A stretch of DNA of 64,000 bases from Eubacteriales bacterium (GCA_045539335.1 JAZQFD010000038.1:40-64039); one strand, 5' to 3'; counted from the stretch's first letter, positions 18,503 through 27,321 are shown. Notes: generated by a model not told the origin, from the letters alone. Made by a program: numbers and translations.

Positions 18503-19909
18503 TTAACTGTTGTAGTACTTCATTTCAAAGTTGAAATAGCGAGGCTTATCGCCGAATTCATAGGGTCCTTGCTGATATTGAGAATAATCGGCATCGGTAT
18601 TGATGCGAACCTTCACCACCAAGCCCCAGTGATCGGAAATATGGCCGTGGGCAATGCCTTCGGCTTTATAATCATAGACCGTATAGTCAAAGCCATAATG
18701 ATCCACCGCCACATGAGCGTTAGGCTTCATCATCACATAGTCGATCTGATGAGAGGTGCCAATGGCATCGGGATCGGATACACTGGGTTCCGGCTCATTT
18801 CTACCAAAGGCAAGGTTATGGCCGCTGCCCATGCCGCCGAAGGTGGTTAGGTTATGGTCGCCCATCCAAAGGGCCACATCCCGCAGATCTACGATCTTAT
18901 CCCATTCCAGCATCTGAATGTATGTATCGCTGCGATAATAGCAGTTATAGTCGCCGCCTACGAAAGCATAAGCGTCCTTTTCAATCTTTTCAAAACGGTC
19001 ATAGTAAAGCTGCATAGCACCGATATCCGCCTCGGGATTGCCGGGGTCGGTATGGAGGCAGTAGGCATAGATGATCTCACCGCTCTTCTTCACCTTCAGC
19101 TTTACCCAGGTAGAAACGTCGGCACCCTTCTGACCGCCAAAGCCCGGACCCTCTTGATTGGGGGTGGGAGAGATCCAGAAATGGCCTCTTTCCAACTCCT
19201 TGAACATGGAGGTTTTCCAAAGGACCGGCTCACTCATCAAGTGACCGGCCAAGGTAGAATGGCGATCCTGCCACACAAAATCATAAGTCTGGCTCATATA
19301 AGGATCTTCGTTGAAAAACCGCTTAGCGGTTTCTTTTGCTTCATTATAGAAAATGATATCGGGATCATTGACCGTCACCATGGTTTTGAACCGACGCAAA
19401 CGGTTATAAATATTCATATCAGTGCCGTCGCCTTTTTCCCCATAAGGAGTATAGCCGGCGTGCTTTACGTTTTGAGACACAAAGGTAATGGCGGTGCCGC
19501 TGTTTTCTTTTTCTACCGGCTTAACCTCTACCGGCTTCTCATCATCCCCCTGCTCAGGATCCTTATCGGGCTCTGTGCCCTCATCAGGCTCCTTGGTATC
19601 CTCAGGGTCTTTGGTATCCTCAGGATCCTTGGTGTCCTCGGGATCCTTGGTATCGTCGGGATCTTTGGTATCGTCGGGATCCTTGGTGTCATCAGGATCT
19701 TTGGTATCGTCGGGATCCTTGGTTTCATCAGGATCTTCAGAATCGTCGGGATCGTCTTTGGAGGAGTTATCATCCTCATCCTTATTAAAGTTATTATCCA
19801 GCGTCTCGGTAAAGCCCAGGTCTTCTTCCTCGGGGCCCTTGCAGCTTGCCAGCATGGTGATGCTCATCATTACAATCAGCAAAAGGCTGATCCATCTAAG
19901 ATGCTTCAT
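18503..19909 (-). CDS. EEP-family lipoprotein, paralog P5, with (DPD/EDTK)n acidic spacer; closest to P1
   Basis: Lipobox MKHLRWISLLLIVMMSITMLASC. EEP blocks are SQNVKH, FYNEA, CLHT, GGDYN, QIDY and SDHW. AGGAGA RBS is present. Confidence 0.85.
   Translation of the reverse strand: MKHLRWISLLLIVMMSITMLASCKGPEEEDLGFTETLDNNFNKDEDDNSSKDDPDDSEDPDETKDPDDTKDPDDTKDPDDTKDPDDTKDPEDTKDPEDTKDPEDTKEPDEGTEPDKDPEQGDDEKPVEVKPVEKENSGTAITFVSQNVKHAGYTPYGEKGDGTDMNIYNRLRRFKTMVTVNDPDIIFYNEAKETAKRFFNEDPYMSQTYDFVWQDRHSTLAGHLMSEPVLWKTSMFKELERGHFWISPTPNQEGPGFGGQKGADVSTWVKLKVKKSGEIIYAYCLHTDPGNPEADIGAMQLYYDRFEKIEKDAYAFVGGDYNCYYRSDTYIQMLEWDKIVDLRDVALWMGDHNLTTFGGMGSGHNLAFGRNEPEPSVSDPDAIGTSHQIDYVMMKPNAHVAVDHYGFDYTVYDYKAEGIAHGHISDHWGLVVKVRINTDADYSQYQQGPYEFGDKPRYFNFEMKYYNS
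19586..19756 (-). repeat. In-frame 18-bp tandem repeat (~9 units) in P5
   Basis: The unit GGATCCTTGGTATCGTCG and variants. Confidence 0.9.
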
Positions 19910-19935
19910 AGTATTTCTCCTTTTTTGCAGGTTCT

Positions 19936-19972
19936 AGAAAAAAGACCCGTGAAAAGATCTATTCACGGGTCT
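19936..19972 (-). terminator. Terminator after P6
   Basis: 11-bp stem AGACCCGTGAA/TTCACGGGTCT followed by T6 on the minus strand. Confidence 0.8.
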
Positions 19973-19985
19973 GATTTTAATTGGA

Positions 19986-21425
19986 TTACTCAGCCATATC
20001 CATATTGAACCAAACGTCTCTACCCTTTGCCTTATAGTCATAAGGATCACGGTAGTACTGAGAATAATCAGGCTCGGTATCGATACGAACCTTTACCACC
20101 AACCCCCAGTGGTCAGAGATCTGGCCCTTTTGAACCTTATCTTCCGGTGCATCGTATACTTTATAATCAAAACCATAATGGTCGATGGCCATATGAGCCA
20201 TGGGCTTTGCCATTACAAAGTCGATCTGAGAGCCCTTGCCCACCACATCGGGATTTACAACCTTGGGAAAGCCCTTGGGATCGGGATCATAATTATAGTT
20301 ATGTCCGCTGGCCATGCCGCCCAAAGTGCAAAGACCATCGTCATTAAAGTACATAGCGGCATCACGCAGGTCGCAAACCAAGCTCCAATCCTTCATCATA
20401 TCGCTATAGCGAGTAGACTTGGAGTTCATGTCACGATAGTAAGCGTTGAAATCGCCGCCCAGGAAGTAATACTCATTGTCGGCCGTCTTCTTAATACGAT
20501 CATAGTAGATCTGCATGGTCTTGGGGCAAACCTCCTCACCGGAGGGGCTGGTATGTACCGAAGCGGCATAGAAGACAACGCCGGTCTTCTTATCCTGCAG
20601 CTTTGCCCAAGTATTGATATCGCCGTATGCTGCATCAGAGTCCCAAGACTTACCGGGAGCGTTCTGCTTATCGTTCAGCCAGATAAAGCCGCTTTCCAGT
20701 TCCTTAAAGCGGGAGGTCTTATAAAGCAGAGGCTCTGCCTGGTCACCGCCCAGAATGGAGTTGCCGGATTCGAACCAACGATATTTCCAAAGCAGCTTAT
20801 AGGTTTGAGCAAAATAAGGATCCTCCGACAGAAAGGCAATGTTGCCGGAACGAGCCTCATTATAGAAGATGATATCGGGATCATTGGCCTTTACCATGGA
20901 TCTGAAACGACGCATCTTATTATACACGCCCAAACCGGTACCATCGCCGGCAGCGCCCACAGAACTACCGTCATGACGGATGTTCTGCGCCATAAAGGTG
21001 ATGGCGGTACCGCTGCTTTCCTTCTCCATCTTTACCCATTCTTTTTCTTCATCGGGCTCCTTGGAGGGCTCATCAGAAGGATCATCCGAGGGATCATCGG
21101 AAGGATCATCGGAAGGGTCATCCGAGGGATCGTCAGCAGGGTCATCGGAAGGATCGTCCGAGGGCTCATCCGAAGGCTCATCGGAAGGGTCATCCGAGGG
21201 ATCATCCGAAGGATCGTCTGAAGGATCATCGGAATCGTCGGGCTCACGGGTCTCGTCGCCTTCATAAGGGACGGTAACGCTATCCGGCTTATCTTCAACC
21301 TCAACAACGTCAACATTACCGGCACGATCCGGATATGTTGCACCGCCTGCGCAGGATGCCAGCATGGTGCTGAGCATCGCCACAACAACGATTAAGGTTG
21401 CTGCTTTCATCCATTTCATTTTCAT
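19986..21425 (-). CDS. EEP-family lipoprotein, paralog P6, with (DDPS)n acidic spacer
   Basis: Lipobox MKMKWMKAATLIVVVAMLSTMLASC. EEP blocks are AQNIRH, FYNEA, SVHT, GGDFN, QIDF and SDHW. GGAGGA RBS is present. Confidence 0.85.
   Translation of the reverse strand: MKMKWMKAATLIVVVAMLSTMLASCAGGATYPDRAGNVDVVEVEDKPDSVTVPYEGDETREPDDSDDPSDDPSDDPSDDPSDEPSDEPSDDPSDDPADDPSDDPSDDPSDDPSDDPSDEPSKEPDEEKEWVKMEKESSGTAITFMAQNIRHDGSSVGAAGDGTGLGVYNKMRRFRSMVKANDPDIIFYNEARSGNIAFLSEDPYFAQTYKLLWKYRWFESGNSILGGDQAEPLLYKTSRFKELESGFIWLNDKQNAPGKSWDSDAAYGDINTWAKLQDKKTGVVFYAASVHTSPSGEEVCPKTMQIYYDRIKKTADNEYYFLGGDFNAYYRDMNSKSTRYSDMMKDWSLVCDLRDAAMYFNDDGLCTLGGMASGHNYNYDPDPKGFPKVVNPDVVGKGSQIDFVMAKPMAHMAIDHYGFDYKVYDAPEDKVQKGQISDHWGLVVKVRIDTEPDYSQYYRDPYDYKAKGRDVWFNMDMAE
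21064..21240 (-). repeat. In-frame 12-bp tandem repeat (~15 units) in P6
   Basis: The unit GGATCATCCGAG and variants. Confidence 0.9.
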
Positions 21426-21644
21426 GGGGGTTCCTCCTTCCGCTTTTGAGCAGAATAATACATAGAGATATTTTTAGATATTAATATTATAGCATCTCTT
21501 CGTCCATCTTTTAATAGCATAATGTTGTTTTTATATTACACGGTGTTGCCAATTCCCCTCTTTTCAAAAAATCCACAATTTGCTTGAATAAATGGTTTTA
21601 TTGATATAAAATAAGATTAAATCACTTTTTTGGAGGCTCTTTTT

Positions 21645-23138
21645 ATGACACAACGGCGCAGCGGCATTCTGCTGCACATTTCATCCTTGCCCGGTCCCTT
21701 CGGCATCGGCGTATTTGGCGAGGAGGCCTTGGGCTTTCTCACCTTTTTAAAAGCCGGCGGGTTCGGCAGTTGGCAGGTATTGCCCTTTACCCTTCCCGAT
21801 ATTTGCAATTCTCCTTATAAAAGCGTCAGCGCCTTTGCGGGCAACCCCCTTTTCATCGATCCCCGCCCCCTAAAAGAGGCCGGTCTGATCACCGAAAGCG
21901 AGCTGGCAGGCTGCAAGGTGGGCTCCTCCTATCGAGTGGATTACCCCGCCCTTTATGCGCAGCGAAAAGACCTTTTTGATGCCGCCTTTTCCCGCCTGAC
22001 CCCTGCTTGGAAAGAAAAGATCGCCGCTTGGCGCAAGGAGCAGGCTTGGCTGGAGGATTTTGCTCTCTATACCGCTCTGCAGGAAGAAACCGGCACCGAT
22101 TGGGCCGATTGGGATGCGCCCCTTCGCAAGCGGGAACCTGCCGCTCTGCGTGTCGCCAAGGAGCGCTTGGCCAAGGAGATGGAGAAAACCATCTTTTTGC
22201 AATATCTTTTCTTTACTCAATGGAAAAAAATCCGAGATTATGCCGAGGATCTGGGAATTGAGATCATCGGCGATATGCCGATCTATGTTTCTTATGAAAG
22301 TGCCGATGTTTGGGCCAATCAGCATCTTTTTGATCTGGATGAGGAGGGCAGACCCTCTGCGGTGGCAGGGGTTCCTCCCGATTACTTTAGCGAAGACGGT
22401 CAGTGCTGGGGAAATCCTCTCTACGATTGGAAGGCCATGAAGCAGGAGGGCTATGATTGGTGGATCAAGCGGGTGCGCCATGGGGCCTCTCTCTTTGATC
22501 GGATCCGCATTGACCATTTCCGAGGCTTTTCCGCCTATTGGTCGGTGCCTGCCGAGGCCGAAACCGCCAAGGAAGGAAAATGGCTGGAAGGCCCCGGCAT
22601 GGATCTGCTGACCGCCCTCTTTGAGGCCGTTTCCCAAAAGACCCTCATTGCCGAGGATCTGGGAGTCCGAGACGAAGCCTTAGAACAGCTTTTGGCCGAT
22701 TCTCACCTGCCGGGCATGCGGGTTTTGCAATTTGCCTTTTTGAGTCGGGACGATGGCATGCACCTTCCCCACCATTATCCCGTCAATTCCATCGCCTATA
22801 CCGGCACCCATGATAATAATACCCTTTTGGGTTATCTTTGGGAACTGACCCCCGAGGATCGCCGCTATTGCTTTGATTATTGCGGCTATACGGCCGAGGA
22901 ATGGCAAAGCGGCGGGGTGGAAAATCCTGCCATTCGCAGCATTTTGCGCACCCTTTGGATGTCCCCTGCGGCAACGGTGATTGTGCCCATCCAAGATCTT
23001 TTGGGCTATGGCTCCGACTGCAAGATGAACAGCCCCGGCATTGCCAAAGGCAACTGGGAATATCGCCTCTCCGATGAAGCCTTCCAATCCTTAGATGCCT
23101 GCATCTATCGCCAACTGAATCAATTATACGGACGATAA
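21645..23138 (+). CDS. malQ: 4-alpha-glucanotransferase (amylomaltase, GH77)
   Basis: RRSGILLHISSLPGPFGIGVFG... N-terminus and the GDMPIYV and DHFRGF blocks. The ATG at 21645 lies 8 nt after GGAGG. The track start at 21630 is TTG. Confidence 0.9.
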   Translation: MTQRRSGILLHISSLPGPFGIGVFGEEALGFLTFLKAGGFGSWQVLPFTLPDICNSPYKSVSAFAGNPLFIDPRPLKEAGLITESELAGCKVGSSYRVDYPALYAQRKDLFDAAFSRLTPAWKEKIAAWRKEQAWLEDFALYTALQEETGTDWADWDAPLRKREPAALRVAKERLAKEMEKTIFLQYLFFTQWKKIRDYAEDLGIEIIGDMPIYVSYESADVWANQHLFDLDEEGRPSAVAGVPPDYFSEDGQCWGNPLYDWKAMKQEGYDWWIKRVRHGASLFDRIRIDHFRGFSAYWSVPAEAETAKEGKWLEGPGMDLLTALFEAVSQKTLIAEDLGVRDEALEQLLADSHLPGMRVLQFAFLSRDDGMHLPHHYPVNSIAYTGTHDNNTLLGYLWELTPEDRRYCFDYCGYTAEEWQSGGVENPAIRSILRTLWMSPAATVIVPIQDLLGYGSDCKMNSPGIAKGNWEYRLSDEAFQSLDACIYRQLNQLYGR

Positions 23139-23168
23139 AAAAGAACCCCTGCAGGGGTTCTTTTTTAT
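23137..23168. terminator. Bidirectional terminator between malQ and ispE
   Basis: Perfect palindrome GAACCCCTGCAGGGGTTC flanked by A6 and T6. Confidence 0.85.
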
Positions 23169-24052
23169 TCAAGTTTTGTACGCATGGGGCGGCAAACAGG
23201 GCGGGTAATATAAACATTTCGGGTATACGCCCTCAAATTCCGCATGGCCTTGCGGGCGGCCCGCTCCTCCTCAAAAAGGCCGAACACACAGCTTCCGCTG
23301 CCGCTCATCAGAGCATGGATGGCGCCCTCTTTGATCATGGCTTCTTTGATCTGGGCCACCTGAGGTCTTAGCGCAAAGGTAGCCCCCTCCAATACATTTT
23401 CGCTTGCCTCATGCAAAGCAGCAAGATTTCCCTCTTCCAGCGCCGCCAAGACCTTGGGCGTGTCGGGGTGGCGAGGAATCCCCACCTCTGCCAGCTTTTC
23501 ATAGATCATTTTGGTGGATGCTCCTACCTTGGGTTTGGCCAACACAATATAGCAATCCTTCAAGGGCGGCGCAGGACTCAGCACCTCGCCGATGCCTTCG
23601 GCCAGCATGGTTCCTCCATATAGAAAGAAAGGAATGTCCGCTCCCAAGGGGGTTAAAATTCTAATGGCTTCTTCGGTGGAAAAGGAGACTCCATACAGGC
23701 GGCAAAGGGCAGAAAACACCGCTGCACCGTTGGAACTGCCGCCTCCCAGACCTGCTCCCGAGGGGATGGTCTTTTTCAGATCGATGGTCACTTGATAATC
23801 GGCAATTTCCGCCGCCTTAAAAAAGGCGGTGGCGGTTTTATGAACGATATTGCGCTCATCGGTGGGAATAAAGGGTAAATTGCAATGGATGGTGATGCCG
23901 CCGTTGCCATTCTCCCGCTTCACCCGAATGCCATCATAAAGGGAAATTTGCTGAAAGACCGAGGAGAGCAGATGGTAGCCATCCTCCCGCACGCCGGTCA
24001 CATCCAGACTCAGATTGATTTTTGCATAGGAACGTAAGGTAACCGTATTCAT
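23165..24052 (-). CDS. ispE: 4-diphosphocytidyl-2-C-methyl-D-erythritol kinase
   Basis: AKINLSLDV.G.R.DGYH N-terminus and the GHMP-kinase loop IPSGAGLGGGSSNGAA. Confidence 0.9.
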   Translation of the reverse strand: MNTVTLRSYAKINLSLDVTGVREDGYHLLSSVFQQISLYDGIRVKRENGNGGITIHCNLPFIPTDERNIVHKTATAFFKAAEIADYQVTIDLKKTIPSGAGLGGGSSNGAAVFSALCRLYGVSFSTEEAIRILTPLGADIPFFLYGGTMLAEGIGEVLSPAPPLKDCYIVLAKPKVGASTKMIYEKLAEVGIPRHPDTPKVLAALEEGNLAALHEASENVLEGATFALRPQVAQIKEAMIKEGAIHALMSGSGSCVFGLFEEERAARKAMRNLRAYTRNVYITRPVCRPMRTKLE

Positions 24053-24119
24053 AAAAGTACCTCATAAAACACTTAATATTTTTATTTTATCAATAATCCT
24101 CTTATTTTTCAAGAAAGGA

Positions 24120-24147
24120 TTGATTTTTCCTATAAAAATGATAAAAT
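24120..24147 (+). promoter_or_regulatory. Candidate promoter for the ACT/UPF0210 pair (TTGATT-16 nt-TAAAAT)
   Basis: Hexamers read directly, about 35 nt upstream of the ATG at 24183. Confidence 0.45.
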
Positions 24148-24182
24148 AGAGGCAGAATTTTTTAGAAAAGAGGATTAGATCG

Positions 24183-24455
24183 ATGAACGCTGTTGTATCG
24201 GTTATCGGCAAGGATCGGGTGGGTATCATTGCTCGCTTGTCCAATATCTGCGCCGATAATAATGTGAATATTAATGATATTACTCAGAAAGTACTCCATG
24301 AGACCTTCACCATGATCATGTGGGTCAGCATGGATGAAAAAACCGAGAAAGATTTTGTGTCCTTTGCTCATCTGATGGAAGAGGCCGGCGCCGAGATGGG
24401 GCTGGTGATCCATGTGATGCACGAGGATGTTTTCAACTCCATGCATCGGGTATAA
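24183..24455 (+). CDS. ACT domain-containing protein (UPF0237 family)
   Basis: 90 aa. AVVSVIGKDRVGIIARLS is an ACT beta-alpha start. It has the conserved pairing with the following UPF0210 gene. Confidence 0.8.
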   Translation: MNAVVSVIGKDRVGIIARLSNICADNNVNINDITQKVLHETFTMIMWVSMDEKTEKDFVSFAHLMEEAGAEMGLVIHVMHEDVFNSMHRV

Positions 24456-24467
24456 GGAGCTTGAATC

Positions 24468-25826
24468 ATGCTAAGACATCGTGACATAATCGAAACCATT
24501 AAAATGATCGACGAGGAGCATCTGGACGTCCGCACCATCACCATGGGTATTTCCCTGTTTGATTGCGTGGATCGGGATGTGGATGCTTTTTGTGAGAGGG
24601 TTTATGAGAAGATCACCCGTCTGGCGGGCAATCTGGTGCAGACCGGTGAGGACATCTCTGCCGCCTTCGGTATTCCCATCATCAATAAGCGGGTATCGGT
24701 AACCCCCATTGCCTTGGTCACCCCCGGCTATTCGGTGGAGGATATGGTTCAGGTGGCCAAAACCTTGGAGCAGGCCGCCATTACCTGCGGGATCAACTTT
24801 GTGGGTGGTTTTTCCGCCTTGGTGCATAAAGCCGCCACCCAAAGCGATCTGAATCTGATTCGCTCTCTGCCCCGTGCATTGAAGGAGACCTCTCGGGTTT
24901 GCTCCTCCATCAATGTGGCCACCACCAAGGCCGGCATCAATCTGGATGCAGTGAAGTTGATGGGCGAAATTATTAAAGAGTGTGCCGAAGCCACCGCCGA
25001 GGAGGATTCCATCGGCTGTGCCAAGCTGGTAGTCTTTGCCAATGTGCCGGAGGATAACCCCTTTATGGCCGGCGCCTTTCACGGCGTGGGCGAAGGCGAA
25101 TGCGTCATCAATGTAGGCGTTTCCGGCCCCGGCGTGGTGGCAAACGCCATTGCCAAGCATCCGGAAGCCAATATTACCGAGATTGCCGACATTGTGAAAA
25201 AGACCGCCTTTAAGATCACCCGTATGGGTCAGATGGTGGCCAATGAAGCCTGCAAGCGGCTGGATGTACCTTATGGCATTGTGGACCTTTCCTTGGCCCC
25301 CACCCCCGCCGTTGGCGATTCGGTGGCTCATATTCTGGAGGAAATGGGTTTGGAGCGTTGCGGCACCCATGGCACCACCGCTTGCCTTGCCCTGCTCAAT
25401 GACGCTGTGAAAAAGGGCGGCACCATGGCCTCCTCCCATGTGGGCGGCCTTTCCGGCGCCTTTATCCCCGTGTCGGAGGGTGCGGGCATGATCCGTGCCG
25501 CCTCCGAGGGAGTTTTGACCCTTGATAAGTTGGAAGCCATGACCGCCGTTTGCTCGGTGGGCTTGGATATGATCGCCATCCCCGGCGACACTTCCGCCGC
25601 CACCATTTCCGCCATTATTGCCGATGAGATCAGCATTGGCGTGATCAACAACAAAACCACCGCCGTGCGGGTGATCCCCGCCATCGGCAAGGGCGTTGGA
25701 GATACGGTATTCTTCGGCGGCCTGCTGGGCGAAGCACCCATTATGCCGGTGCACAACGAAAGCAGCGAGGCCTTTATCAACCGTGGCGGAAGAATTCCCG
25801 CTCCTATTCATTCTCTGAGAAACTAA
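24468..25826 (+). CDS. PFL-like UPF0210 (DUF711) family protein
   Basis: 452 aa. [24 protein letters not shown] is the characteristic N-terminus. AAGGAG RBS is present. Confidence 0.8.
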   Translation: MLRHRDIIETIKMIDEEHLDVRTITMGISLFDCVDRDVDAFCERVYEKITRLAGNLVQTGEDISAAFGIPIINKRVSVTPIALVTPGYSVEDMVQVAKTLEQAAITCGINFVGGFSALVHKAATQSDLNLIRSLPRALKETSRVCSSINVATTKAGINLDAVKLMGEIIKECAEATAEEDSIGCAKLVVFANVPEDNPFMAGAFHGVGEGECVINVGVSGPGVVANAIAKHPEANITEIADIVKKTAFKITRMGQMVANEACKRLDVPYGIVDLSLAPTPAVGDSVAHILEEMGLERCGTHGTTACLALLNDAVKKGGTMASSHVGGLSGAFIPVSEGAGMIRAASEGVLTLDKLEAMTAVCSVGLDMIAIPGDTSAATISAIIADEISIGVINNKTTAVRVIPAIGKGVGDTVFFGGLLGEAPIMPVHNESSEAFINRGGRIPAPIHSLRN

Positions 25827-25832
25827 ATAAGA

Positions 25833-25866
25833 AAAGTCGCAATTCATCCGAATGCGACTTTTCCCA
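25833..25866 (+). terminator. Terminator after the UPF0210 gene
   Basis: AAAGTCGCA/TGCGACTTT stem with a following T-run. Confidence 0.6.
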
Positions 25867-25889
25867 TTCTTCATATGGGAGGCTCAACC

Positions 25890-26537
25890 ATGCATGCTCT
25901 CTTTTTAATCTTAGAACTCATCGGAGTGGTCGCCTTTTCCGTTTCGGGGGCGATGGTCTCGGTAAAAAAGAATATGGACATTTTCGGCATCGTCCTTTTA
26001 GGGCTTCTCACCGCCTTCGGCGGCGGCATTTTAAGAGATTGCCTTTTGGGGAGCACTCCGCCGGCATTCTTCACCAATTATTGGATGATTTTGGCCGGAA
26101 CGGTGGCGGCGATTGCCGTTTTTATGGTAGCCCGCCTTTTGAAAGAGCGGTATTTTTCCAATGAACTGGCCATTGAACGGATCAACAATGTGTTTGATGC
26201 TTTGGGCTTGGGAGCCTTTGCCGTTACCGGCTCTCGCATCGCCATGGATGCAGGCTTTGAGCGCCAATGGTTTTTGGTGCTCTCCATGGGACTGGTCACC
26301 GCCATCGGCGGCGGTTTGATCCGTGATCTGATGCTGCGGGAGATCCCCTTTGTGCTTAACCGCCGCATTTACGCCATCGCTGCCCTGCAGGGAGCCGGCG
26401 CCTATTATCTTTTGCAATTGGCAGGGGCTGAGGAATTCCTTGCCGCCTCTTTAGGCATCGCCTTAACCTTCCTTTTGCGGATGCTGGCCACCAAGTATAA
26501 GTGGAATCTGCCCCATCCCAAAAGGGAAAAGCAGTAA
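25890..26537 (+). CDS. Trimeric intracellular cation channel-like membrane protein (UPF0126/YadS family)
   Basis: Two internal repeats each end in GGG(I/L)(L/I)RD. The ATG at 25890 lies 8 nt after GGGAGG. An alternative ATG is at 25875. Confidence 0.8.
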   Translation: MHALFLILELIGVVAFSVSGAMVSVKKNMDIFGIVLLGLLTAFGGGILRDCLLGSTPPAFFTNYWMILAGTVAAIAVFMVARLLKERYFSNELAIERINNVFDALGLGAFAVTGSRIAMDAGFERQWFLVLSMGLVTAIGGGLIRDLMLREIPFVLNRRIYAIAALQGAGAYYLLQLAGAEEFLAASLGIALTFLLRMLATKYKWNLPHPKREKQ

Positions 26538-26569
26538 TAATGGCCGCTTTTCATAAAAGTGGGACTATA

Positions 26570-26597
26570 AAAAAGCACGGTACCCCGTGCTTTTTTA
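26570..26597. terminator. Bidirectional terminator
   Basis: GCACGG-TACC-CCGTGC stem flanked by A5 and T6. Confidence 0.65.
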
Positions 26598-27008
26598 TTT
26601 TTCTTTATGAATGCTCACCAAGAGTTCCTTGATACACGGCTCTTCTTCTATTTCTTGAAAAGTTAACGGCAACACAATCGGCACTGCAAGGTTCATCACC
26701 AAGAACTTGCCTTTTGTCTCCAAAGGAAATCGATACTCTACACAACGAAAGCCATGTTCCAAATAAGCAATACGAACCCCTTCTAACCCCCTTAGTTTCA
26801 CCGAATCAAGCGGCTCCTCAATGACGAATCCATCTTCTTCCGGCGAAATAAGAAATCGTTCGTCGGTCGTCTTAATATAAATCTGCCAATCTCGTTTCGA
26901 CATAAGCGTCATCTCGAATATAAAACCTCTTTTTACATCTGCCGAAAAATATATCCCGTTTGGAATCGAAAACGCTATATTTTCACACCGAATTTGAAGT
27001 TCCAGCAT
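26595..27008 (-). CDS. Hypothetical protein (137 aa), visibly AT-richer than its surroundings
   Basis: Strong GGAGGGGAG RBS and an uninterrupted ORF. No family was recognised. Confidence 0.6.
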   Translation of the reverse strand: MLELQIRCENIAFSIPNGIYFSADVKRGFIFEMTLMSKRDWQIYIKTTDERFLISPEEDGFVIEEPLDSVKLRGLEGVRIAYLEHGFRCVEYRFPLETKGKFLVMNLAVPIVLPLTFQEIEEEPCIKELLVSIHKEK

Positions 27009-27023
27009 CTTACTCCCCTCCGT

Positions 27024-27042
27024 TTACACTATATTACACTAT
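27024..27042. promoter_or_regulatory. Tandem direct 9-mers TTACACTAT-A-TTACACTAT in the divergent promoter region (candidate operator)
   Basis: Read directly. The 10-bp period places them between the divergent hypothetical gene and the RHH gene. Confidence 0.35.
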
Positions 27043-27104
27043 TTTATCGTGTGTTTCAATATTTAACATCGTTTTGCATTATACTTTTTTATGAGGTGAA
27101 GTAA

Positions 27105-27260
27105 ATGAAACCGTTAAAAGAAAGCGTAAGCATTACATTAGATGCGGATCTATTGAAAAAGATTCGTGACATTGCAGAATATGACGATCGCTCCTTATCC
27201 CAGTATATCAATGTGGTATTAAAGAAGCATTTAAAGGAATTGGATGAAAAGAAAAAATAA
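27105..27260 (+). CDS. Ribbon-helix-helix (CopG/antitoxin-like) 51-aa protein
   Basis: Not in the ORF track (<60 aa). I translated it as MKPLKESVSITLDADLLKKIRDIAEYDDRSLSQYINVVLKKHLKELDEKKK. The S.t.d..L...ld..a......sRS..I pattern is RHH-like. AGGTGA RBS is present and a terminator follows. Confidence 0.55.
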   Translation: MKPLKESVSITLDADLLKKIRDIAEYDDRSLSQYINVVLKKHLKELDEKKK

Positions 27261-27273
27261 AAAGGGCTACATT

Positions 27274-27307
27274 GCGAGACTTCTCATAAGGAAGTCTCGC
27301 AGTTTTA
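27274..27307 (+). terminator. Terminator after the RHH gene
   Basis: 10-bp stem GCGAGACTTC/GAAGTCTCGC followed by a T-run. Confidence 0.7.
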
Positions 27308-27321
27308 TTCGCCAAAGGCGA

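Noticed and set aside
12829-21267. Long plus-strand ORFs antisense to the six EEP lipoprotein genes (12829-14121, 14275-16431 of 718 aa, 16724-18424, 18854-20008, 20109-21221). Also the Ser/Gly-rich frames across the repeats (13730-14272, 15197-15703, 19488-19937, 20980-21267).
   Set aside because: The 718-aa and 566-aa frames run straight through inter-paralog terminators and promoters. Their translations are Ile/Gly/His-rich nonsense or (SSGSLV)n mirror images of the acidic repeats. The minus-strand genes carry complete lipobox plus EEP motif sets.
24471-25874. 467-aa minus-strand ORF antisense to the UPF0210 gene.
   Set aside because: The translation is Gly/His/Ala-rich and featureless. 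The plus-strand gene has the conserved UPF0210 N-terminus, an RBS and the conserved ACT-gene partner.
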